Assembly (NCBI GenBank): GCA_963712745.1
Contig: CAVQJC010000020.1
Location: forward strand, 96,001-160,000
From: an uncultured Chloroflexia bacterium
Lineage (GTDB): Bacteria; Chloroflexota; Limnocylindria; Limnocylindrales; CSP1-4
Direction: 5' to 3'
Length of the DNA: 64,000 bases
The notes below the pieces were generated by a model. That model was not told the origin of the DNA. It was given only the letters and a program-made list of their open reading frames with translations, and did no database searches. Every line of letters begins with the position of its first letter. Position 1 is the first letter of the stretch. This document shows positions 11,554-20,511 of the stretch, piece by piece. The translations under genes and the position numbers were made by a program.

Positions 11554-12798
11554 CTACTTCTCGGGGTCCATCGAGAGCGGCACTACCAATTCGTTCCAGA
11601 ACTTGTCTTCGTCGATGAAGTTCTGGATGGCAGCCTTCTGCGTCCCGACCGGGCCGACCTCCTCGCGGAAGGCGAGGCTGCGCCCGTAGTCGAGACCGTC
11701 GTTGGTGTCGACGTCGACATGCACGCCGTAGATGGGCTGTGCCACGTCATCCTCGGGACGTGGATCGTCGTTCCAGGACAGGACGATCGAGGGATCGATC
11801 ACGTAGCCTGCAGCAAAGAGATCCCAGATGTTACCGATGGTGACGGGTCGGCCCTGGGCCTCGCGGGCTTCCTCGCGCGCGAGGAACAACTCCTGGATCC
11901 CGGGGAACGTGCCCTCGACCATCTGGTGGTAGAGGTCCTCGGGCATAGCGCCGGTGTTGGCGTTGGCCTCCAGCCCGGCGATCATCTGGTTGCCATACGA
12001 CGCATAGGACTCCGACATGGGATCGCCCCATTGCTGCCGCACAGCGACCTTGGCCGCCTCTGGATCGGCCCACCAGTTGAACTCCGCCGATGCCGACGAG
12101 TTGCCCGGCAGGTAGAACGAGCCGCCCATGTAGGCGATCTCCTTCACCTTCGACGGGAAGGTCGGATCCTTCATGATCGCGCGGGCGATGTTGGTGACCG
12201 GGCCGATGACCACCAGCGTCACCTCACCGGGATACTTGTTGACCGAATCCACCAGGAAGTCGACAGCCTCGTCGTTGCCGTCAGCGTCCGGCTTGCCCTG
12301 CTCGTAGACGTTCTCGTAGGACGGCGCCTCGCCGTACTTGCTCTGGTAGACCTCGACCCAATCGGCCATGGGGTCCCCGCCGATGGTGTCGTCGTAGTGG
12401 CCCAGGTAGCCAGGCCAGGAGACGACCGGGCTGATCACTTGCTCGGCCGCGAGGATCTCCGGGTCGAAGCGCCAGTTACGGATGCCGTAGCGGCTACCCG
12501 CGTAGATGGGTGTGTCCGAGCGCAGCGCTTCGAGCTGGCGGACACCGGTGGCCATGCCGGCCGGCATGGGCGTGTTGCCCGACACGACGGTCACACCGAG
12601 CAGGTCGATATTCTCGGCCCGGTCGAGCATGAGCATGGCCATGCCGTCATCGAACAGTTCCACCATGTCGGTGTCCAGGATGACCTTCTTGGCATCCATC
12701 CCCGGGTCGTCCTGGGCCGTGGCGACACCTGCCATCACGAGCACCATGGCGGCGCCCATGCCGATAGCAACCGCGCGGCCCATTCGTGAGCGTTTCAT
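11554..12798 (-). CDS. Secreted nucleoside hydrolase (IU-NH family)
   Basis: Signal peptide ending ATA|QD; ILDTDMVELFDDG, GVTVVSGN, IGPVTNIA, MGGS, AEFNWWADPEAA, WD. Confidence 0.88.
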   Translation of the reverse strand: MKRSRMGRAVAIGMGAAMVLVMAGVATAQDDPGMDAKKVILDTDMVELFDDGMAMLMLDRAENIDLLGVTVVSGNTPMPAGMATGVRQLEALRSDTPIYAGSRYGIRNWRFDPEILAAEQVISPVVSWPGYLGHYDDTIGGDPMADWVEVYQSKYGEAPSYENVYEQGKPDADGNDEAVDFLVDSVNKYPGEVTLVVIGPVTNIARAIMKDPTFPSKVKEIAYMGGSFYLPGNSSASAEFNWWADPEAAKVAVRQQWGDPMSESYASYGNQMIAGLEANANTGAMPEDLYHQMVEGTFPGIQELFLAREEAREAQGRPVTIGNIWDLFAAGYVIDPSIVLSWNDDPRPEDDVAQPIYGVHVDVDTNDGLDYGRSLAFREEVGPVGTQKAAIQNFIDEDKFWNELVVPLSMDPEK

Positions 12799-12876
12799 CG
12801 ATCCAAACCTCCCGTAGCTCTCCCGGACTCCCTGACTTGGCCGCGCGGCCGTGCTTGCGGCGTCTTCCAAGGGACA

Positions 12877-12900
12877 TGCAATCGGTTGCGCAACCGTTTA
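12877..12900. promoter_or_regulatory. Tandem LacI-family operators (2 x 12 bp)
   Basis: tgcaatcggttg-cgcaaccgttta upstream of the nucleoside hydrolase. Confidence 0.75.
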
Positions 12901-12932
12901 CGTGGGCATGCTAGGCCGACGCTGGCATCCAT

Positions 12933-13020
12933 GTCAACGACGTACCGTCAACGACGTACCGAACCGACAGCCATGGTGTCAGCCACGTGTCACAAGTCAT
13001 GGTGTCCGCCACCTGTCACA
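12933..13020. repeat. Two pairs of short direct repeats
   Basis: gtcaacgacgtacc x2 (12933-12960); catggtgtc(a/c)gccac(g/c)tgtcaca x2 (12972-12994 and 12998-13020). Confidence 0.8.
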
Positions 13021-13237
13021 GCGCCCTACGACCCGGCGTGGTCACACCGCGAAACCTGAGCCGTGGTGCCGCGCGAACGACGCCGGACGGGCCTCGCTTG
13101 CACGGCACGCCCCCCCGGCATGGCTTGAACGTGAACACCTACGGCCTCGTGCCCGCGAACGGGCCTGCCGACGTGAGGCCGCTCGCTCGGATCGTCTCCT
13201 CGCGCCACGCGACCATGAGCAGTGAGCGAATCGGAAG

Positions 13238-13756
13238 CTACTCGCCGCTTGCGGCTGCCTTCCAGCCCAGCGTGCCCCGGTATAGGCCGGGCCACGAGCC
13301 CGGGATGACGATGCCCCCGATGAAGCGCTGGTAGAACTCGATGGGGCCGGCCGCGCCGATGATGGCGTAGGCGTAGCCCTGCTCACGCATGGCGTGGAGC
13401 GTGGCCAGGAGCAGCGCTGACCCTACGCCCTGGCCGCGGGCCGACTCGGACACGCCGGTGGGGCCCCAGATCCCCAGTGCGGGGGCGTCCCAACAGGCGA
13501 ATCCCAGCACCTCCCGGCCCTGCGTGGCGATGAACAGGCTGAGGGGCTGGTTGGCGAAGCAGCGCTCGGCCTCGCTCTGCCAGGCCGGCTCGAAGTGCTC
13601 GCCGATCCAGTCGATGACGACATGCTTCTCGGGCGCGATCGGCCGGCGGATGTCGACGCCCGCAGCATCGGTACGCGAGAGGTCCAGCGGTGGCAGATCG
13701 TAGAGCTTGACCAGGATGTCCGAGGGCTCGCGATCGCCGGCACCTGGCACGGGCAT
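13238..13756 (-). CDS. GNAT family N-acetyltransferase
   Basis: GPTGVSESARGQGVG acetyl-CoA motif; GYAYAIIG. Confidence 0.88.
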   Translation of the reverse strand: MPVPGAGDREPSDILVKLYDLPPLDLSRTDAAGVDIRRPIAPEKHVVIDWIGEHFEPAWQSEAERCFANQPLSLFIATQGREVLGFACWDAPALGIWGPTGVSESARGQGVGSALLLATLHAMREQGYAYAIIGAAGPIEFYQRFIGGIVIPGSWPGLYRGTLGWKAAASGE

Positions 13757-13779
13757 GTGGGTCTCTCCTCCAGCTGGGC

Positions 13780-14706
13780 TCAGGCCAGGTGTCGGGCGAT
13801 GTCCTCCCGGGTGGGCAGGCCCGCCTGCGCGCCGGCCTTCGTCGTCTTCAGTGCCGCTCCCACCATGGCCCAGCGCAGGGCCTCACGCAACTCCGCCCCA
13901 CGAGCGAGCTCGGCAGCGAGGATGCCGTTGAGCGCATCTCCAGCACCGGTGGTGTCGACCGGCTCGACCGGCAGCGCGGGAAGTCGTTCGAGCCCGGTCT
14001 CGTCGAGCAGCAGCGCACCTTCTGCTCCGAGGGTGACGATGACCGGAGCTCCGCTGCGTGCCGACAGCGCCCTCGCCGCAGCTTCAGGGTCGGCCTCGCC
14101 GGTCAGCATCTCCGCCTCGGTCTGGTTGGGCGTGAGGATGGGATGGAAGTCCAGGAGTTCTTCGAGGATAGGACGGGCCGGGGCCGGGTTGAGCACGATA
14201 CGCAAGGCGCGGGCGGCGGCCCAGCGCGCAGCGGCCAGGACGGCCTCGTCGTAGACCTCGAACCCGAGCAGGCAGACCGTCCCGACTTCCGGCCACAACT
14301 GGGCGACCTCCGCCTCGATCATGGGTCCGTCGAGCCGGCCGTTGGCGCCGGAGGCGACGGCGATCTGGTTCTCGCCGGCATCGTCGACGACGATGAGCGC
14401 GAGGCCGGTATAGGTGTCCTCTACCACCCGGCAGGCCCTGACGTCGACGCCGGCTTCGGCCAGGCCAGCCAGGGCGCTTCGTCCAAGATCGTCCCCGCCG
14501 ACGGCCCCCAGCATCGTGACCGCCGCCCCGACGCGGGCCGCGGCGACCGCCTGGTTGGCACTCTTGCCGCCGTTCTGCTGGATGAAGCGGCTGCCGAGCA
14601 CCGTCTCCCCCGCCCCCGGCAGGACTGGCACCCCCACGATGAGGTCAACGTTGATGGAGCCCGCGACGATCACCGCGGCGTTGGTATCGCTCATGGACAT
14701 GAGCAT
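13780..14706 (-). CDS. rbsK: Ribokinase
   Basis: GSINVD, GGKSANQAVAAAR, NPAPA, VTLGAEG, DTTGAGD. Confidence 0.93.
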   Translation of the reverse strand: MLMSMSDTNAAVIVAGSINVDLIVGVPVLPGAGETVLGSRFIQQNGGKSANQAVAAARVGAAVTMLGAVGGDDLGRSALAGLAEAGVDVRACRVVEDTYTGLALIVVDDAGENQIAVASGANGRLDGPMIEAEVAQLWPEVGTVCLLGFEVYDEAVLAAARWAAARALRIVLNPAPARPILEELLDFHPILTPNQTEAEMLTGEADPEAAARALSARSGAPVIVTLGAEGALLLDETGLERLPALPVEPVDTTGAGDALNGILAAELARGAELREALRWAMVGAALKTTKAGAQAGLPTREDIARHLA

Positions 14707-14760
14707 GGCGCACCCCTTGGGTCGGACGGACCGTCTTGGTTCGAGCGGTCAGCGGACAGG

Positions 14761-14796
14761 CAAAACCGATTGCGAAACCGATTGCGCAACCGTTTG
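14761..14796. promoter_or_regulatory. Tandem LacI-family operators (3 x 12 bp) in the divergent rbsK/lacI promoter
   Basis: caaaaccgattg-cgaaaccgattg-cgcaaccgtttg. Confidence 0.78.
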
Positions 14797-14864
14797 CGTG
14801 AGCGTATAGTGCGCGCGATGGTCATGTCAATGCCGCACCAGTCGCCTACCCTCGGGGGCCGACC

Positions 14865-15872
14865 ATGACCACCATCCGAGATGTGGCCGAGCGCGCCGGT
14901 GTCTCCACCACGACCGTCTCGCACGTCATCAACCACACGCGCAGGGTGGATCCGGGCACCGCAGCCCGGGTCGAAGCGGCCGTCGATGAGCTGGGCTATC
15001 GGCCCAATGCGCTGGCTCGCAGCATGCGCCGGGGCCGCACCCACACCGTGGGCGTGGTCGTCCCGGATATCGCCAACCCCTTCTTCGGCGACCTCGCCCG
15101 CAGCCTCGAAGACCATATGTTCGAGCGCGGCTACAGCGCCATCATCTGCAACTCCGACGGTGATCCGGCCAAGGAAGCGCGCTACCTCGACGTGCTGTTG
15201 TCGAAGAAGGTCGACGGGCTCGTACTCATCGCCGCCAGCCAGCCCTCGGAGGGCTTCGTGCATCTGATCGAGCGCGGACCACCGACCATCCTGGTCGATC
15301 GCGAACTCGGGGATGTACCGGTGTCCCAGGTCATGGTCGAGAACCGGCGCGGTGGCTATCTGGCCGGGCGCCACCTGATCGAGCTGGGCCACCGGGACAT
15401 CGCCGTCATCGCCGGCCCTGGCGGGCTGGGCACCAGCGCCCGGCGCCTTCAGGGGTTCCAGGCCGCCCTCGATGAGGCCGGCATCGACCTGCCGGAGAGC
15501 CGCATCTATCGGGGGGACTTCCGGGCCGCCAGTGGCCGGGTGGCCATGGAGGCCTGGCTCGCGGCCGTCGACCCGCCCACGGCGGTCTTCGCTGAGAACG
15601 ACCTCATGGCCGTAGGCGCGCTCAGCGCGGCCCACGCTGCCGACGTCGACGTGCCCGGCCAGCTGTCCGTGGTCGGCTTCGATGGCATCGCCTTCGGGGC
15701 CGATGTGACGCCGCCGTTGACCACTGTCGCCCAGTCCATCAACGACGTCGCGGCGGCCGCCATCGAGCTGCTCTTCGAACGGCTGCGCGACCAGGACGCC
15801 GCGCCGCGACTGGTGGAGCTGCCAGTGATGCTGCAGGTCCGGGGCACCTCCGGCCCGCCACCGGCGCGCTGA
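14865..15872 (+). CDS. LacI family regulator (RbsR/PurR-like)
   Basis: TIRDVAERAGVSTTTVSHVIN HTH, YRPNALARS, VVGFDG, PPLTTV. Confidence 0.95.
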   Translation: MTTIRDVAERAGVSTTTVSHVINHTRRVDPGTAARVEAAVDELGYRPNALARSMRRGRTHTVGVVVPDIANPFFGDLARSLEDHMFERGYSAIICNSDGDPAKEARYLDVLLSKKVDGLVLIAASQPSEGFVHLIERGPPTILVDRELGDVPVSQVMVENRRGGYLAGRHLIELGHRDIAVIAGPGGLGTSARRLQGFQAALDEAGIDLPESRIYRGDFRAASGRVAMEAWLAAVDPPTAVFAENDLMAVGALSAAHAADVDVPGQLSVVGFDGIAFGADVTPPLTTVAQSINDVAAAAIELLFERLRDQDAAPRLVELPVMLQVRGTSGPPPAR

Positions 15873-15951
15873 TCCGGACCGCGGCCGCCCGCCGCTTGGC
15901 GCTGGCTCGCCCCCGCCGGCGTCAGCGCCGAGTGCGCCACCTCCCTGCCAC

Positions 15952-15980
15952 TGGACGAGAGCGAACGTCTGTTCTATCCT
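15952..15980 (+). promoter_or_regulatory. Sigma70 promoter with LexA (GAAC-N4-GTTC) box
   Basis: TGGACG-N17-TATCCT with GAACgtctGTTC at 15963-15974 directly before the -10. Confidence 0.6.
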
Positions 15981-16055
15981 AGTCATCCTGTCCGCAGGCT
16001 ATCCACGCAGGCCGTTCACAGTCCTTCCACAACGTCCGCACGCTCGGAGGCAGGA

Positions 16056-16104
16056 CCGCAACATGTTGTGTATGCATGGTGACTCGAACCCCAACATGTA
16101 GTGG
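16056..16104 (+). promoter_or_regulatory. Two NrdR boxes
   Basis: ccgcaacatgttgtgt (16056-16071) and ccccaacatgtagtgg (16089-16104) resemble acaCwAtATaTwGtg; followed by TTGACA-N18-CACAAT (16113-16142). Confidence 0.8.
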
Positions 16105-16327
16105 TTTCGGTCTTGACAGCGACGGTGGCCACGGTCCACAATCTGCCGACCGCCGCTGGGTTCGGGGAGTGCCCTCCCGAGCGATCCCAGGGAGGGGAAC
16201 AAGGGTCGGTGCCCACCCACAGAGCCGACCGCCCGGCGACGGGTCCGAGCCGCGCGAGCGGCCCGTCACGCAAGTATCCGAGCGCGCCGATGTCGTCGTT
16301 GGCGCCACACGTTCGAGAGGAGAGGTC

Positions 16328-19300
16328 ATGGCTGAGGCTGTCGCCAAGGTCCGCAGTGCTAGCCGAGGCAGGGAGGCGACAGCACGTCCAGGGACACGCA
16401 ACGGTCGGAGCAAGCGCTCCAGCAGCCGAGCTGCCATGGACGAGGACTTTCGCTTCACCGGCGCCACCTCTTCGGGCCTGACCTTCGAACGCCGCTGGAC
16501 CACTCCCGGCGTGCACCCCTACGACGAGGTCAAGTGGGAGCGGCGCGACGCGAGCATCGCCAACGAATCGGGCAAGTCTGTCTTCGAGCAGAAGGACGTC
16601 GAGGTCCCAGACTTCTGGAGCCAGCTTGCTACCAACGTCGTCGTCAGCAAGTACTTTCGCGGCCACATCGGCACGCCCGGTCGCGAGTACAGCGTGAAGC
16701 AGCTCATCGATCGTGTCGTCAACACCATCACCAGCTGGGCCGCCACCCAGCGCTACTTCGCCACCGACGAGGACCTGGCCACGTTCAAGGCGGAGCTGAC
16801 CCACCTGCTGCTGCACCAGAAGATGGCCTTCAACAGCCCGGTCTGGTTCAACGTCGGTGTGGAGCCCCGGCCTCAGTGCTCGGCCTGCTTCATCAACTCG
16901 GTACAGGACTCGATGTCCTCGATCATGGACCTGGCCAAGACCGAAGCCATGCTCTTCAAGTACGGCTCGGGCGCGGGCGTCAACCTCTCCCCCATCCGCG
17001 GCTCCAAAGAGAAGATGTCAGGCGGTGGTATCGCCTCGGGTCCGGTCAGCTTCATGAAGGGCTTCGACGCCTTCGCGGGCGTGGTCAAGTCCGGCGGCAA
17101 GACCCGCCGCGCGGCCAAGATGGTCATCCTCAACTCGGGACATCCCGACATCCTCGACTTCGTCGATTCCAAGGCCAGTGAGGAGCGGAAGGCCTGGGCC
17201 TTGATCGAGGCGGGCTATGACCCCTCCTTCACGGGCGAGGCCTACGGCTCGGTCTTCTTCCAGAACGCCAACCACAGCGTGCGCGCGTCCGACCAGTTCA
17301 TGACTGCGGTCGAGAACGACGAGGACTGGACCACCTACGAGGTCACCACCGGCGAACCGGCCGGCACGCACAAGGCGCGCACCATCTTTCGCCACATGGC
17401 CGAGGCGGCCTGGGTCTGCGGGGACCCCGGCATCCAGTACGACACCACCATCAATGACTGGAATCCGGTCGCCAACACCGACCGGCAGCACGCCACCAAC
17501 CCCTGCTCGGAGTTCTCGTTCCTCAACGACACCTCCTGCAACCTGGCCTCGCTGAACCTCATGAAGTTCGTGGACGGCAGCGGGGAGTTCGATATCGAGG
17601 CCTTCCGCTATGCCTCGCGCCTGACCATCACGGCGCAGGAGATCCTCGTCGACAACGCCTCCTATCCGACCGACCAGATCGAAGAGAACTCCCACCGCTT
17701 CCGTCCGCTGGGCCTGGGCTACGCCAACCTCGGCGCCCTGCTCATGAGCCGCGGCCTGGCCTACGACTCCGATGAGGGTCGCACCTACGCCGGCGCCATC
17801 ACCGCCATCATGACCGGCGAGGCCTACCGGCAGTCGGCCATCATCGCTCGCGATCACGGTGGTCCCTTCAACGACTACGCCGTCAACGAGGGCCCGTTCC
17901 TGCGCGTCATCGCCAAGCACCGTGACGCGGCCCATGAGCTGGCCCAGGAGCGGGCCCCCGGGCAGCTGGTGGCCGAGGCGCGCAATACCTGGGATGAGGC
18001 CCTGGAGCTGGGCCGGGAGCACGGCTATCGCAATGCCCAGGTGAGCGTGCTCGCGCCCACCGGCACCATCGCTTTCATGATGGACTGCGACACCACCGGC
18101 ATCGAGCCTGACATCGCCCTCATCAAGTACAAGAAGCTGGTGGGCGAGGGCTTCCTCAAGATCGTCAACCAGACGGTGCCACTGGCCCTCCAGCGGCTTG
18201 GCTACTCGCCCGACGAGGTCGAGTCCATCATCGAATACATCGATGATTTCGAGACCATCGAAGGGGCCTCCGAGCTGAAGCCCGAGCACCTGTCGGTCTT
18301 CGACTGCGCCTTCAAGCCGGTCAACGGCGAGCGCTCCATCCACCACCTGGGTCACCTGCGCATGATGAGCGCTGCGCAGCCGTTCCTCTCCGGCGCCATC
18401 AGCAAGACCGTGAACATGCCCGAGAGCGCCACGGCGGAGGACATCGAGGACGTCTACCTCCAGGGCTGGAAGCTGGGCCTGAAAGCCATCGCCATCTACC
18501 GCGACGGCTCCAAGCGCAGCCAACCGCTCTCGACGGGCAAGAAGAAGGAAACAGCCGCTGAAGCGACTTCTCCCACGGCAGGCGAGGCGACGGGGCTTGA
18601 GCTCACTGGGGAGCCCAAGCCATACCGTCGCCGCCTGCCGGACGAAAGGCGTGCGATCACGCACAAGTACCAGGTCGCCGGACACGAGGGCTACATCACC
18701 GTGGGCCTCTATCCCGACGGCCAGCCGGGAGAGATCTTCCTGAAGATGGCCAAGGAAGGCTCCACGGTCAGCGGCCTCATGGACACGCTGGCCACGATGA
18801 CCTCGCTGGCCCTCCAGTACGGCGTGCCGCTGCGCGACCTCGTGGGCAAGTTCACGCACGTCCGCTTCGAACCGTCGGGCTTCACCGGCAATCCGGAGGT
18901 CCCGATCGCCAAGTCCATCGTCGACTACATCTTCCGCTGGATGGGTTCCCGCTTCCTTTCCAAGGACGACCGCGACGCCCTCGGCATCATCGGGGGCGAG
19001 GTCGTGGCCGAGCCGCCTGGCGACCCATCCCCGCAGCTGGGCGCGTTCGACCCGGCTGATGGTCCGGCCGACTCCACCTCGGCCGAGACCCCGCCCGCCC
19101 CGTCGTCCTCCTCCGATGGCGCGGGCGGGGCCCGGCCGCTCGGCCTGGGGGTGGGATCCGAGCCCGGCTCCGCCAAGGCCAGCGCGTCCCGCGGTACCAG
19201 CTCGAATGGACACGTGGCTTCGCTCGGCGCCGGCCAGCGCATCGCCTTCTCGGTCAGCGCCGACTCGCCGTCGTGCATGGACTGCGGCAGCATCATGGTC

Positions 19301-19357
19301 CGCAACGGCAGTTGCTACAAGTGCCTCAACTGCGGCGCTACCAGCGGTTGCAGCTGA
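16328..19357 (+). CDS. nrdJ: Vitamin B12-dependent ribonucleotide reductase (class II) with TSCPD and Zn-ribbon C-terminus
   Basis: FNSPVWFN, QCSACFI, GGKTRRAAKM, TNPCSEF, APTGT, YRDGSK, CMDC...CLNC; GAGAGG RBS. Confidence 0.96.
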   Translation: MAEAVAKVRSASRGREATARPGTRNGRSKRSSSRAAMDEDFRFTGATSSGLTFERRWTTPGVHPYDEVKWERRDASIANESGKSVFEQKDVEVPDFWSQLATNVVVSKYFRGHIGTPGREYSVKQLIDRVVNTITSWAATQRYFATDEDLATFKAELTHLLLHQKMAFNSPVWFNVGVEPRPQCSACFINSVQDSMSSIMDLAKTEAMLFKYGSGAGVNLSPIRGSKEKMSGGGIASGPVSFMKGFDAFAGVVKSGGKTRRAAKMVILNSGHPDILDFVDSKASEERKAWALIEAGYDPSFTGEAYGSVFFQNANHSVRASDQFMTAVENDEDWTTYEVTTGEPAGTHKARTIFRHMAEAAWVCGDPGIQYDTTINDWNPVANTDRQHATNPCSEFSFLNDTSCNLASLNLMKFVDGSGEFDIEAFRYASRLTITAQEILVDNASYPTDQIEENSHRFRPLGLGYANLGALLMSRGLAYDSDEGRTYAGAITAIMTGEAYRQSAIIARDHGGPFNDYAVNEGPFLRVIAKHRDAAHELAQERAPGQLVAEARNTWDEALELGREHGYRNAQVSVLAPTGTIAFMMDCDTTGIEPDIALIKYKKLVGEGFLKIVNQTVPLALQRLGYSPDEVESIIEYIDDFETIEGASELKPEHLSVFDCAFKPVNGERSIHHLGHLRMMSAAQPFLSGAISKTVNMPESATAEDIEDVYLQGWKLGLKAIAIYRDGSKRSQPLSTGKKKETAAEATSPTAGEATGLELTGEPKPYRRRLPDERRAITHKYQVAGHEGYITVGLYPDGQPGEIFLKMAKEGSTVSGLMDTLATMTSLALQYGVPLRDLVGKFTHVRFEPSGFTGNPEVPIAKSIVDYIFRWMGSRFLSKDDRDALGIIGGEVVAEPPGDPSPQLGAFDPADGPADSTSAETPPAPSSSSDGAGGARPLGLGVGSEPGSAKASASRGTSSNGHVASLGAGQRIAFSVSADSPSCMDCGSIMVRNGSCYKCLNCGATSGCS

Positions 19358-19468
19358 CAGCCGCTGCGCCGCGTCGGCTCGCTGATGACCAGGGCCGCTC
19401 GGCCATCGAGCGGCCCTGTCGTGTAGCCGATACTCGCCGGCGCCGGTGACCGGCTACCCTGCTCTTCG

Positions 19469-20362
19469 ATGCGCATCGCCACCTGGAACGTCAACTCGCT
19501 CAAGGCCCGGCTGGAGGCTGTCGAGCAGTGGCTGGAACGCGCCGCACCGGACATCCTGCTGCTGCAGGAAACCAAGCTCGCGGATGACGACGTGCCGGAG
19601 ATGCCCTTCCGCATGGCCGGCTACGAGCTGCTGCACCACGGCGAGGGACGCTGGAACGGCGTGGCCATCGCCAGCAAGGTCGGCATCGACGCCCCGGTCA
19701 CCAACTTCGGCGACGGGCCCGTGCGCGAGAGCCGCAGCACGAAGGACGCGCCCAGCGCGGACGACTTCGACCCGCTCACGGAAGCCCGCATGGTCAGCGC
19801 TGTGTGTGGCGGCATCCGCGTGGCCAGCCTCTATGCCCCCAACGGCCGCGAACTGGGGTCTCCCTGGTACGCGGGCAAGCTGCACTGGTTCGATCGGCTC
19901 ACACAGTGGCTCGGGGAGACCGCCGACCCGTCCCAGCCGGTGCTCCTCGGTGGCGACCTCAACGTGACCCCTACCGACGACGACGTCTGGGATGCCGCCG
20001 CGGCACATGGCGCCACCCACGTCTCGGGGCCGGAGCGGGCCAAGCTGTCCGCCCTGCGCGAATGGGGCCTGGTCGACACCTACCGCGCCTATCAGCCCGC
20101 CACCGACCGCTTCAGCTGGTACGACTATCGCGCGGGCATGTTCCACAAGAACATGGGCATGCGCATCGACCTGCTCTACGGCACCCAGCCGGTGGCCGAC
20201 CGCGTCATCTGGGCGGAGATCGACCGCGAGGCACGCAAGGGCCCACCAACACCGTCGGATCACGCCCCGGTCCTCATCGACCTCGACGAACCTGGTAGCC
20301 CGCTCGATGCCGGCTGGGAGGAGGCGCTGGCGCGGGTGCGGAAGCGCAGCAAGCCCGGCTAG
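19469..20362 (+). CDS. xth: Exodeoxyribonuclease III
   Basis: ATWNVNS, LQETK, YAPNG, GDLN, RIDLL, SDHAP. Confidence 0.95.
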   Translation: MRIATWNVNSLKARLEAVEQWLERAAPDILLLQETKLADDDVPEMPFRMAGYELLHHGEGRWNGVAIASKVGIDAPVTNFGDGPVRESRSTKDAPSADDFDPLTEARMVSAVCGGIRVASLYAPNGRELGSPWYAGKLHWFDRLTQWLGETADPSQPVLLGGDLNVTPTDDDVWDAAAAHGATHVSGPERAKLSALREWGLVDTYRAYQPATDRFSWYDYRAGMFHKNMGMRIDLLYGTQPVADRVIWAEIDREARKGPPTPSDHAPVLIDLDEPGSPLDAGWEEALARVRKRSKPG

Positions 20363-20395
20363 GGATGAGACCCCGTTAGGGAGGCCACAGACCCC

Positions 20396-20482
20396 ATGCG
20401 CCGGGCACTCCCCACCTGCCTGGTGACGCTCCTCTTCACCGACATCGGAGGCGAGCCGCATCCGGCTCCGGCGCTGGGCTGA
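20396..20482 (+). pseudogene. Remnant of the N-terminus of an adenylate/guanylate cyclase-domain gene
   Basis: MRRALPTCLVTLLFTDIGG resembles the LPTGTVTLLFTDIEGS start of class III cyclases; stop after 28 codons. Confidence 0.6.
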
Positions 20483-20511
20483 CCGACCGATGGGACCTGC
20501 ACCGCATCGGC

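Noticed and set aside
12972-13020. 23-bp repeats as a mini-CRISPR
   Set aside because: Only two copies, separated by 3 nt.
15988-16031. Replication origin (oriC)
   Set aside because: The boxes are degenerate, there is no AT-rich unwinding element and no dnaA/dnaN nearby.
16148-16327. Cobalamin riboswitch before nrdJ
   Set aside because: No recognisable B12 box or other core cobalamin motifs.
17018-19213. Long antisense ORFs (this one, and e.g. 22296-24206, 37337-38788, 11323-12789, 4-783)
   Set aside because: Shadow frames of real high-GC genes, with no recognisable motifs.
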